From positions 16,812 to 80,811 of the forward strand of contig JAWCKG010000005.1 of NCBI GenBank assembly GCA_038852285.1: 64,000 bases of DNA. The letters run 5' to 3'. Each line of letters begins with the position of its first letter. The stretch's first letter is position 1. Shown here piece after piece: positions 36,280-45,390 of the stretch. A model generated the notes under the pieces. It saw only the letters and a program-made list of their open reading frames with translations, was not told the origin of the DNA and searched no databases. This DNA is from Candidatus Bathyarchaeia archaeon. GTDB lineage: Archaea; Thermoproteota; Bathyarchaeia; 40CM-2-53-6; DTGE01. A program made the translations under genes and the position numbers.

Positions 36280-37375
36280 CCTTTATCGCTTCCATCAAAC
36301 CTTCCTTCGGATAAAAGTAGATGTGAATTCTTTTCGGATTTAACCTTACACTTACTTTTTCCCCTAATCTAAACCTTACCTTTGATTCGATTGGGGTTCG
36401 AATAGTGATCAAATCGTCGTTGATGAGGCGAACCTCAAACCTTGTGATCCCTCCGGTGAACCTCACCCTCTCCACTTCACCGGCAACAACGTTCACATCG
36501 CTGCCCGAATATTTTTCAAGCTTCATGAACTCAGGTCTTATCGCCAAGGCGACCCTGTCACCTATTTTAAACCCATCAGCCTCGGCTTTTATCATTAACC
36601 CTCCATGAACCTCCACAAAGGTTTCCCCCTTACCTACGTTGACGACAACACCGTCCAAGAAGTTGGCTTCGCCGATGAAGTTGGCTATGTAAGGAGTCTT
36701 AGGATGAAGGTACAGGTCTTCTGGCGACCCAACCTGCTCAATCCTGCCCCTCCTCATCACCACAATTTTATCGGAGATCGTCATAGCCTCCTCTTGGTCA
36801 TGGGTTACATGTATGGCCGTTAAGCCTAGATCCTCCACCAGCTTCCTCAGCTCGTAGCGCAGGATGACCCTTAACTTCGCGTCTAAAGCCCCTAAAGGCT
36901 CGTCGAGCAGCAGAAGCTGCGTTCCAGCCGAGAGGGCCCTAGCCAACGCAGCCCTCTGCTGCATGCCTCCGCTAAGCTCCTCGGGATAAGCGTCCTCCCT
37001 GCCGCTTAACCTCACCATCTCCAACATTTGCTTCGCGAGCTTTTCAGTATCCTCTTCACTCCAACCCTTCACCGCCGGTCCATAAGTGGTGTTGCCCCAT
37101 AGATCCATGTGAGGGAACAACGCGTAGTTTTGGAACACGAACCCGACCCCGCGATCTTCTGGAGGAACCTTGGTCACATCTCTGCCGTCGATTAATATCC
37201 TTCCTTCATCGGGCTCCACTAACCCCGCTATGAGGCGTAGGGTGGTGGTTTTCCCGCATCCACTGGCCCCCAGCAAGGTGACGTATTCACGGTTTTTCAC
37301 CGTTAAGCTGATCCTGTCCACTGCCACAACTTTTCCATACCTTTTCGTGACGTCAATTAATTCTACGTCAGGCAA
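36272..37375 (-). CDS. ABC transporter ATP-binding protein with TOBE domain (CysA/PotA/WtpC-like)
   Basis: Walker A 'GASGCGKTT', 'FQNYALFPH', signature 'LSGGMQQR', 'LLLDEP', 'VTHDQEEA'. Confidence 0.93.
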   Translation of the reverse strand: MPDVELIDVTKRYGKVVAVDRISLTVKNREYVTLLGASGCGKTTTLRLIAGLVEPDEGRILIDGRDVTKVPPEDRGVGFVFQNYALFPHMDLWGNTTYGPAVKGWSEEDTEKLAKQMLEMVRLSGREDAYPEELSGGMQQRAALARALSAGTQLLLLDEPLGALDAKLRVILRYELRKLVEDLGLTAIHVTHDQEEAMTISDKIVVMRRGRIEQVGSPEDLYLHPKTPYIANFIGEANFLDGVVVNVGKGETFVEVHGGLMIKAEADGFKIGDRVALAIRPEFMKLEKYSGSDVNVVAGEVERVRFTGGITRFEVRLINDDLITIRTPIESKVRFRLGEKVSVRLNPKRIHIYFYPKEGLMEAIKVE

Positions 37376-37398
37376 TTTGATTCAGACCTCCGCTAACG

Positions 37399-39117
37399 CT
37401 ATTTTGAAATCCATTTAAAAACCACCAACAACACCAGCGATATGCCTATCAGATAGGCGGAGGAGAATAGGGCGGCGGGAATGGCTAACGCTTCAACCAT
37501 GTTGACGACCAAGGTAGGAACCGTGATGTCCTTCCCCATGACGATGAAGGTTGCGCCTGTTTCGCCCAGGGAATGGGTGAAAGAGAGTACGGCGCCGGCT
37601 AACACTCCCCTCTTCACCAAGGGCAGCGATATGGTCTCCGCCACGTCGTAGGATGTGGCCCCTAAGGTTCTCGCACTCTCCTCGAACAAGGCGATTTGAG
37701 AGCCCTCGTACGCCGCAATGGTGGGCTCAACGATAACGGGAACGGAGAAAACGATATGGGTTAAAATTGTAAGCCATACCCCTGGATTCAGGAGGCTTAA
37801 ACCTGAGGGCCCCCATAGCAGGAGGACCGATAAACCTAAAGCCGATGTGGGAACAATGAGAGGAATCTTCAGAACCGACCTTATCAATCCTCCAAACCTG
37901 TGTTTTTTGATGATGAACGCCAAGGGGACGGCTAAGCAAACGGATATGTATGTGGCGGTTGAAGCGACTGTAAAAGATGTAACCGTAGCCCTTACAAGGG
38001 ATTTAAAGTAGTTCGGAGGACCGAACAGCTGGTATAAGATTCCGCCAGTGACCTTCCCCGTGTATGGATCTCGACTCCAGTAAGGGATTATGGAGTTCAA
38101 CACCACAAGCACTGGGATGATCACCGTTATAACTAGGATCGATAAACTGGCCACATCTTTAACGATGTTTAACTTCTTTGAAAACGTTCTCTCAAGTCTA
38201 GGAATAACCCTTCTAAGCCCGGAGCCTAGCTCAAGCTTCTTAAACCCCCTAAACCTTAGCCTTGAGCCCATTAAAAGCTCAACAGGCAGAATCAGCGCCC
38301 AGGCCACTAATATCAGGAGGCAACCGAGAAAGGAGGCCGGTGCGAACTTAAATTCAAACACCCATCTTACGATAGCAATGGAAGCCGTTGAGTATATTCC
38401 GCTCACAACCATCGTGGCCCCGGTTTCCCCTAAGGACCGGGCGAACGCCAACACACTTCCAGAGAAGATGCCTGGGAGGGCAAGGGGCAGCAAAATTTTT
38501 CTAAAGGTTGTAAAGGAAGGCGCCCCCAATGTTCTAGACGCGGTTTCATAAACCGGGTTCACCTCTTCCATTTTGGCCTTCACCGTCAGCACAACGTATG
38601 GCAACGTGAGTCCAATATGAACCATGAACATTAAGAAGGGAATTTTAAGAAGGGGGATCAGGTAGCCAAGGTTGATGAGCCCTGAGCCCAAACCCAGAAA
38701 TCCCCCTAAACCAGCTACCGTGGTCCATGTGATCAAGGTGGCGAACCCGAAGCCTGAAGTGGGAATTACCAACGGCAACGTTACGATGTCCTCGAGTAGA
38801 GATTTTCCAGCAAACCTTTTCCTAGCCAACATGTACGCCAAGGGGACGCCGAAGATTAAGTCGAACAGCACCGTCAAGGCGGACAGTTTAAAAGAGAACA
38901 ATAATACCCTTTGGATTTGGATCCAATTCTCATTTCCTATATGGGGGTTCGCGAAAATCTCCAAGTAAATTTCGTTCCATCGAGTAAAGGTGAAGGAGAT
39001 TAAAAATATCGTGGGCAATAAGACCAAAAACATGAACGCGGTTAAAGAAGAGTAAAGGACAAGGGAATTGAACCATCTTCTAGGCTCAGTTTTAACGACT
39101 GTAAGCCATGTCTGCAT
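37399..39117 (-). CDS. ABC transporter permease, tandem ModB/CysT/WtpB-like domains
   Basis: Two repeats of 'LPLVIPTS'/'IPLIVPTS', '(Y/F)E..(S/A)RTLGA' and 'F(A/T)(R/H)SLGETGAT'. Confidence 0.88.
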   Translation of the reverse strand: MQTWLTVVKTEPRRWFNSLVLYSSLTAFMFLVLLPTIFLISFTFTRWNEIYLEIFANPHIGNENWIQIQRVLLFSFKLSALTVLFDLIFGVPLAYMLARKRFAGKSLLEDIVTLPLVIPTSGFGFATLITWTTVAGLGGFLGLGSGLINLGYLIPLLKIPFLMFMVHIGLTLPYVVLTVKAKMEEVNPVYETASRTLGAPSFTTFRKILLPLALPGIFSGSVLAFARSLGETGATMVVSGIYSTASIAIVRWVFEFKFAPASFLGCLLILVAWALILPVELLMGSRLRFRGFKKLELGSGLRRVIPRLERTFSKKLNIVKDVASLSILVITVIIPVLVVLNSIIPYWSRDPYTGKVTGGILYQLFGPPNYFKSLVRATVTSFTVASTATYISVCLAVPLAFIIKKHRFGGLIRSVLKIPLIVPTSALGLSVLLLWGPSGLSLLNPGVWLTILTHIVFSVPVIVEPTIAAYEGSQIALFEESARTLGATSYDVAETISLPLVKRGVLAGAVLSFTHSLGETGATFIVMGKDITVPTLVVNMVEALAIPAALFSSAYLIGISLVLLVVFKWISK

Positions 39118-39142
39118 CCCTATCCTCCTCCTTCGCGTTCCC

Positions 39143-40303
39143 TTAAACGCCGGGGTTTCGAGCCTTCGCCCAATCTACGAATATGGCTTCCAGCACCTCG
39201 CCAAGTGGGGGGTTAAGAACCGGCGTATCGATGCGTGGTTGAACTCCGTTTTCCTCGCTGAACAACTCTTCATCCAAGGGCACGCTTGGATTGGCTGGCC
39301 TCAGCCCATACTCTTGGGCCATTCTCTGAACCTCAGGCTTCAACAGATATATTAAGTACTGGGTCGCGGCGAACCTCTGCCAGATCGACACCCACTCTGC
39401 GTCTAAGATCACGTAGGGATGGTCGCAGAGGAGAGTCCCCCTCTCAGGGTATATGGCTTTAATGGAGTCTCCCCACTTCTTTTTCGCTTTTAAGGAATTA
39501 TCTATGACGACGTTCTCATAAACTCCGAAGACGTCGATGGCGTCAGGTCCGTTTTCAGCCGCCCAGCTTCCGAAGAACCCTGTGCTCTCGCCGTAAGCGA
39601 CTGCGTGGGATTCAATCGCCCTCACAAACTCGACGACTTCTGGTTTTTTCAGATCCTCTACCTTGATTTCATCAGGCCTTTTATTCAACGCCTCAGCGAA
39701 CTCCAACACGGCTACCATGGCTCCACCGTTCGACAAGAGCGGATCAGGATGACCATATTTGAAGTGAACTCCTTTCTTACTTAGCTCGTAGAGGTCACGG
39801 AAGCTGGTAACGTTATATTTTGATAGGAAAGAGCTCCATCCAGCGATGACCACGGGAGATGTGGCCAAGGCCGTCCAATCCTTAGCGATGAGCTCTTCAT
39901 GGCCCTCACGCATCCACTTGCCGTTTAAATACGGGATCCACAGACTGGAGGCGGGGCTCCAAGCCGTGGGCTTGGCGCTTCCCAAGAGGATTAGGTTCAC
40001 GGTTTTATGAGAACCCGTTACCGTCAACTTAACCTTAACAGTTATGTTAAACTCGTCTTTAAACCATTCTTCAAAATCAGGGGTCACCCTCTCAATCCAC
40101 CCCTGCTTCTCGCTGGTGCATAGGAACTCAAACTCTATGTATTCGGGTTTAACCGTGGCGGTGGAGGGTTGAGTAAGGCTAGTGAATATGAATGAGATAC
40201 CTGAGAATATTAGAAAGCCAATTATTACCCCTGAGATGAGCATTAGGTATCCTCGCCTAGGAAACAAAGGCCTCCTCGACATGCTCCACACCTCTCCAAC
40301 CAT
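39143..40303 (-). CDS. Membrane-anchored substrate-binding protein (SBP_bac_11-like, the type usually fused to VWA domains)
   Basis: N-terminal TM helix. 'SEKQGWI', 'AWSPASSLW', 'SPVVI', 'HPDPLLSNGG', 'GESTGFF', 'YENVVI', 'YPERGTLLCDHPY', 'GLRP'. Confidence 0.75.
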   Translation of the reverse strand: MVGEVWSMSRRPLFPRRGYLMLISGVIIGFLIFSGISFIFTSLTQPSTATVKPEYIEFEFLCTSEKQGWIERVTPDFEEWFKDEFNITVKVKLTVTGSHKTVNLILLGSAKPTAWSPASSLWIPYLNGKWMREGHEELIAKDWTALATSPVVIAGWSSFLSKYNVTSFRDLYELSKKGVHFKYGHPDPLLSNGGAMVAVLEFAEALNKRPDEIKVEDLKKPEVVEFVRAIESHAVAYGESTGFFGSWAAENGPDAIDVFGVYENVVIDNSLKAKKKWGDSIKAIYPERGTLLCDHPYVILDAEWVSIWQRFAATQYLIYLLKPEVQRMAQEYGLRPANPSVPLDEELFSEENGVQPRIDTPVLNPPLGEVLEAIFVDWAKARNPGV

Positions 40304-40464
40304 TCACGTTCATCTACGCTCCAAGTTTAATGGGTCATCTCGAAGCCGAGCCTCATTAGCGCAATGTCGCTCACCGTTTCCTCAAAGAATAGCTAACAAG
40401 CGCATTTATATCGTTTCACGTCTTATGTTCGCTCTGTTCCTAATCATCTAAGGCTTTTAACGAT

Positions 40465-40580
40465 TGCGGGTTAAACCTCATGCCCCTTTAAACCAGAATT
40501 CCACGAAACGTGGACAAGGAGGTTTGAAAGCCGCGTGAAGGGGGTTTTTGAAACCTTAACAGGGACGCTTGGTTAAGGTC
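40465..40580 (+). ncRNA. Candidate structured RNA (pseudoknot plus hairpins), unassigned
   Basis: Pairings 40466-69/40531-34, 40471-79/40519-27, hairpin 40500-40514, pseudoknot 40483-90/40536-43, hairpin 40553-60/40572-79. Confidence 0.3.
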
Positions 40581-40692
40581 AAAGCGAATATACTCCGACT
40601 TTGAGCAACGTTCTTGACTCGTGAAAGTTTGATTTCGATTGAGATTACGCGTCTTGTTTCCGCTCCAATCAGCCGCTGGATATCGTAACCCA

Positions 40693-42222
40693 TTAACCCT
40701 CTAGGTATTGAGCCACCTTCTTTCTAAGGGTTTCCCTATATTTCCTTAGGTTTTTACTCAAACTTTGATGAGCTGCCTCGAATTTAGACATGGTTTCTCT
40801 GAGGTTTTTCAGCGACCTACGCACTTCCATAGGCGCTGATGATCCCCCAGAGCGGCGGTGACTTACACATATGGACGGGTCTATGGCCGATTCCAGCTCT
40901 TTGGAAGACATGTGAATCATCCGTCCTAAAACTTCCTGGGAAGCCTTCTCCAAGTCTTCGGGTTTAACGTCTCTTATTCCCTTACCCGAGTTGGCCAGCT
41001 TCATAACCATCCTTCCCACTATCATGTGGGATTCTCTGAAGGATATTCCATGCCGCATAGTTAACGCTTCAGCCAAGTCTACCGCTGTGGAAAACCCCTT
41101 CTCCACCGCTTCTCTTAGACGATCCCGGTTTATCTTCAAGGTGCTGAACACGCCTTGAAGAACCTTCAAGGATGACTTTGCCGCTTCGAAGCTCACTTTA
41201 ACCGGGATTTTCGATTCCTGAAGGTCCCTGTTGTAGCCTGAGGGCGTCCCCTTTATCTGAGTCAGGAGGTTAATTAACGCTGAATATACGGTTCCAGCCC
41301 TTCCCCTCATCAACTCTAGGGGACAAGGGTTCTTTTTATGAGGCATTACGCTGGATGTAGAAGCGTATTCATCTGCGAGCTCCACATAGCCGTACTCCCA
41401 TGTCGACCATAGTATCAGGTCTTCCGCCATTCTGGAAAGGTCAGCCATCAGGTTCGCCAGACATGCCACAGCTTCCACAGCGAAGTCTCTGCTTGAAACC
41501 GCGTCCAACGAGTTTTCAACCAAACCGTCAAACCCAAGAAGCTTCATGGTTTTAGCCCTATCGATGGGGAAGCTTGTTCCCCCCACGGCGCATGCTCCAA
41601 GGGGAGACATGTTCACCCGCTTATAGCAGTCTAGAAGCCTCTCACAGCTCCGGCCAAGGACCTCCATATAGTACGCGTAGTAATGCGCTAGAACTCCTGC
41701 CTGCGCGTGCTGTGTATGCGTGTACAACGGCGCCAGGGTGTTGATTTCCTCCAAAGCCCTCGAGTGTAGCGTCCTCATTAAATCGAGGATCAAACCTATC
41801 GTTTCGACTATCTCAACCCTCAACTTCATCCTTAGGTCTAAGGCTACCTGATCATTTCTTGAGCGGGCAGTATGCATCCTCCCCCCCTTTTCAATTCCTA
41901 TGAGAGAGATCACTTGGCTTTCAACGTACTCGTGGATGTCCTCAAACCCGCCTTCCAAAACGGGGTTAGGTTCAAGCAGATTGGCTCTAACCTTCTCCAG
42001 GGCCCATAAAATCGCCTTCAACTCCAGCTTCGTGATGATGCCCTGCTCAGACAACATGATGTCATGAGCTTCTGTGCCGTCAATGTCCTCCATCGCCAAC
42101 CATAAGTCATCTTGGAGAGAGGAAACAAACTTCGCTGTTTCCACCCCATAACCCTTTGTGAGCCTCGACCGATAGACCCCTTCGTAAACCAAGCTGCCAA
42201 ACACCCTAACTTTAATGCTCAA
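40693..42222 (-). CDS. argH: Argininosuccinate lyase
   Basis: 'EDIH', 'HTARSRNDQV', 'YTHTQHAQ', 'SSVMPHKKNP', 'YNRDLQE'. The start is possibly about 10 codons downstream. Confidence 0.95.
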   Translation of the reverse strand: MSIKVRVFGSLVYEGVYRSRLTKGYGVETAKFVSSLQDDLWLAMEDIDGTEAHDIMLSEQGIITKLELKAILWALEKVRANLLEPNPVLEGGFEDIHEYVESQVISLIGIEKGGRMHTARSRNDQVALDLRMKLRVEIVETIGLILDLMRTLHSRALEEINTLAPLYTHTQHAQAGVLAHYYAYYMEVLGRSCERLLDCYKRVNMSPLGACAVGGTSFPIDRAKTMKLLGFDGLVENSLDAVSSRDFAVEAVACLANLMADLSRMAEDLILWSTWEYGYVELADEYASTSSVMPHKKNPCPLELMRGRAGTVYSALINLLTQIKGTPSGYNRDLQESKIPVKVSFEAAKSSLKVLQGVFSTLKINRDRLREAVEKGFSTAVDLAEALTMRHGISFRESHMIVGRMVMKLANSGKGIRDVKPEDLEKASQEVLGRMIHMSSKELESAIDPSICVSHRRSGGSSAPMEVRRSLKNLRETMSKFEAAHQSLSKNLRKYRETLRKKVAQYLEG

Positions 42223-42438
42223 GAAATCGTTATTAATGTTGACCCTGCCTTAATCGAACCGACCTCACGAGCCTTTGGCTTCACCGTTGACTTCTAATGG
42301 ATTAATACGCAGTGAAAAACAGGGGATAAAATTGTAGGCGAGAGCTACTATCCGGAGAGCGTTGCCTCCTCTTGAGGGGTTTCGGAGCCTTTTTTGGCAT
42401 CCTCAAATAAGGTAGAGAGTCATGTGAAAATTATACTT

Positions 42439-42948
42439 TTAATGAGTGTTAGTAGCCTTTGACTCCAGGGCTTCCCTAAGCTCCATAAGACGTTCACCCA
42501 TCTTCCTCCAGTCGAAGCTAAGCATTCGCAGCCTGAGACTGCAGACTCGAAGCTCCTTACTTAACTCCTCCACGAATATGCCGTGGTTTCCGTCGACGTT
42601 GCATGTTGGACTTCCCGTCCTCCCGATAAACCCTACAACCTCGTATCCTTTGCTTTTATACTCTTTAATCTGCTGGACCGCTTTAACCGCTAACGCATGG
42701 CAGTGACGGCGGAATCCTTCGTTGTCGTAGAATTTTCTATCCCGCGCCTTTCTATCCAACCCGTACATTTCCTGTTCAGGGCAAGGAAGTTGAATGACGC
42801 CGATTTGATGGGCTTGGATTAAATCCATTATTTCATTTACAATGGCTGGGTAATGGCTTGGACTGCTTGACCCCTCGCAGACGGCGTTCATATTCAATAT
42901 ACAATGGGAGAGAAGTATGACCTTGCCGCTCCTTCCATCTTGGATCAT
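42439..42948 (-). CDS. DUF523/TudS-related putative [4Fe-4S] desulfidase
   Basis: 'SHCILNMN', 'QLPCPE', 'GSPTC', 'GIFVEEL'. Confidence 0.75.
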   Translation of the reverse strand: MIQDGRSGKVILLSHCILNMNAVCEGSSSPSHYPAIVNEIMDLIQAHQIGVIQLPCPEQEMYGLDRKARDRKFYDNEGFRRHCHALAVKAVQQIKEYKSKGYEVVGFIGRTGSPTCNVDGNHGIFVEELSKELRVCSLRLRMLSFDWRKMGERLMELREALESKATNTH

Positions 42949-42951
42949 GCT

Positions 42952-43950
42952 TCACCACAACGCGGTTGAAATCTTCACAGGACCTATTAGCGGTATTCTG
43001 CACCCGCATCGGGGACATCTATTCCCGCTCAACCTGTTTTTCAGGACCGTAAAGCCTTGCCTCGCTATCAGGAGGCCACCGCATTCCGGGCAATACGTGT
43101 TTTCGTATCGATGGCCTGGAACGTTTCCTAAATAAACGTATTTCAACCCATGTCTGTAGGCCGCTTCCACAGCTCTTTCAAGCGTTTTTACTGGGGTGCT
43201 CGGCCTATCCGTCATTTGGTACTCTGGGTGAAAACGAGTAAAGTGTAAGGGAATTTCTTCATCCATTTCACTGAGCCTTGAACAAACCTCCTCTACGGTG
43301 GCTTGATTGTCGTTTACCCCTGGAATTATGAGGCATACCACCTCCACATGGAGCCCTAGACTTCGGGCTAGGTTTATGTTTCTCCAAACCTTTTCAACAT
43401 CCGCTCCACAATACTTCCTCACGGCTTCGCATCCACCTTTCAAGTCGATTTTAACAGCGTCTAATCCAGCGTCTTTAAGCATCTTTAAGGCTTCTGGGGT
43501 CATGTACCCATTAGAAACATACGTGTTGTAAAGTCCCCGACTCTTGGCTAGGTGGAAAAGATCTAGGCTGTATTCAAGTTGAAGAGTTGGCTCATTAAAG
43601 GAGACAGAGGTCCCGTCGCAACCCCCCTCTAACGCCCTTTCAACCAGCGTCCATGGATTCACATAGTTCCCATCGTTTAAGCTTGGAGGCGTTTTGCTGA
43701 TTTCATGGTTTTGACACCAGGGACAAGTGAAGTTACAACCCCAACTGCCGATCGTCAAGGCGAGGCTACCAGGCTTATAGTGGAAGAAAGGCTTTTTCTC
43801 GATAGGGTTAATGGAAACGCTGGATAGATCACCGTAAATCACCGTGTACAAGCATCCCTTAATGTTCTTCCTCGTTTTGCAGAATCCCCATCCGTCCTCC
43901 TTTACGATACATCGCCTCTCGCATGTAAAGCATTGAGCCCTACCGTTCAC
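42952..43950 (-). CDS. amrS: AmmeMemoRadiSam system radical SAM enzyme
   Basis: 'C..C.RRC', 'PIEKKPFFH', 'GCNFTCPWCQN', 'NEP', 'PLHFTRFHP', 'YVYLGN', C-terminal CxxC pairs. Confidence 0.9.
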   Translation of the reverse strand: MNGRAQCFTCERRCIVKEDGWGFCKTRKNIKGCLYTVIYGDLSSVSINPIEKKPFFHYKPGSLALTIGSWGCNFTCPWCQNHEISKTPPSLNDGNYVNPWTLVERALEGGCDGTSVSFNEPTLQLEYSLDLFHLAKSRGLYNTYVSNGYMTPEALKMLKDAGLDAVKIDLKGGCEAVRKYCGADVEKVWRNINLARSLGLHVEVVCLIIPGVNDNQATVEEVCSRLSEMDEEIPLHFTRFHPEYQMTDRPSTPVKTLERAVEAAYRHGLKYVYLGNVPGHRYENTYCPECGGLLIARQGFTVLKNRLSGNRCPRCGCRIPLIGPVKISTALW

Positions 43951-44093
43951 TAAGCTTTCATATAACCTAGCTTCCCGAACAACCCGTAAACTCGTAATTT
44001 CGTGTAGAGAAGGCGACCGTGAAGTTATCCTTTAAATTTTAGCTCGACTCCTATAAAATCGTTTGTTAGAATTTACGGCCAGAGGCCCTTTAA

Positions 44094-45362
44094 ATGAAGG
44101 TCAAGTTAAGGTACGGTGAAAGGTTTCTGAACCTTGAGTTGAAAGATGAGAAGATAGTTTTCGACCTAGACATAGCTGACCACCCCTCGATTCAAAACAT
44201 GGAGGATCGACTTCGGCTCGAGCTGAAGAGGCCTCATTCCTCCCATCCCATCTCGTCGATCGCTGGAGCTGAGTCAAAAGTAGCCTTGCTCGTCGACGAC
44301 CTTACACGACCAACCCCCCAGAGTATCCTTCTCCCCATAATTCTAGGAGAGTTGGAAAAGGCTGGAGTTAAGAGTCATAACGTTAAGGTGATCGTCGCTT
44401 TGGGAACTCATAGACCTATGAGCAGTCAAGAGATCGAAGACAGGTTCGGAGAGGTGGCTGAGAAATATGAGGTTGTGAACCATGACCCCAAGGATTCGAA
44501 GGCGTTAACGAACATCGGTGCCACAGGTAAAGGCTTCCCGATCATGATTAACCGAGAATTATGGGAGGCGAACCTAACGATCGGTGTCGGTAACATCGTC
44601 CCCCATATGTACGCTGGGTGGGCTGGAGGGGGGAAAATCGTGCTTCCCGGGGTTTCTGGAGAGCAGACCACGGGTGGAATACACCTTCTTGGAGGAAGAA
44701 TTAGGCCGGCGTTCAAGTTTCTAGGCAGATTAGACCACGAAGTGAGAAGGTTAATAGACGAAGTCGCCTTAAAGTCAAGGTTAGGCTACATTGTTAACAC
44801 AGTGTTAAACAGAGATAGAAGGGTATGCGGTCTAACGGTGGGGCATCCTGTAGAGGCGTTCAAGAAAGGCGTTGCGTTCGCTGAGAAAATCTATAGGCAA
44901 ACCATTCCAGAGCCAGCCGACCTTGTCATCGTCTCCAGCTATCCTGCGGATGTCGATTACTGGCAAGCCATCAAAGGGGTTGTTTCAGCCAGCCTAGCGG
45001 TTAAGCCTGGAGGGGTTGTGTTATTGGTCACCCCCTGCCCTGAGGGAATTTCACCAACCCACAGAGCGATGAGGGAGTACGGATCCTACGGGTATGAGGA
45101 GTTAAATAAGATGGTGGAGGAAGGCGATATCGAAGACGCTGTGGCGGCTGGAACTCTCCTCTACCACGCCCAGCTTAGGGAGAAAGCCAGAATCATCATT
45201 TACTCGGACGGCTTAAAGGAGAAAGACGCTGAAGCCCTAGGCGTGGCCTACGCCGGCGACTTTGAGGAAGGCTTGAAGTTGGCTGAGGAATTCTTGGGAG
45301 AAAAAAAACCCAAAATCGGGTTGATACGTAATAGCGAGGTCCTTCCAACCCTTCCCATCTAA
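44094..45362 (+). CDS. larA: LarA-family nickel-pincer racemase/epimerase
   Basis: 'DDLTRPTP', 'ALGTHR', 'NHD', 'PHMYAGWAGGGKIVLPG', 'WQAIKG', 'CPEG'. Confidence 0.88.
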   Translation: MKVKLRYGERFLNLELKDEKIVFDLDIADHPSIQNMEDRLRLELKRPHSSHPISSIAGAESKVALLVDDLTRPTPQSILLPIILGELEKAGVKSHNVKVIVALGTHRPMSSQEIEDRFGEVAEKYEVVNHDPKDSKALTNIGATGKGFPIMINRELWEANLTIGVGNIVPHMYAGWAGGGKIVLPGVSGEQTTGGIHLLGGRIRPAFKFLGRLDHEVRRLIDEVALKSRLGYIVNTVLNRDRRVCGLTVGHPVEAFKKGVAFAEKIYRQTIPEPADLVIVSSYPADVDYWQAIKGVVSASLAVKPGGVVLLVTPCPEGISPTHRAMREYGSYGYEELNKMVEEGDIEDAVAAGTLLYHAQLREKARIIIYSDGLKEKDAEALGVAYAGDFEEGLKLAEEFLGEKKPKIGLIRNSEVLPTLPI

Positions 45363-45390
45363 CCATCAATTCGATTCTTCAGGTTATCTG

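Noticed and set aside
42334..42395. Second structured RNA upstream of argH
   Set aside because: Short stems rich in G-U pairs that could arise by chance; no recognisable motif.
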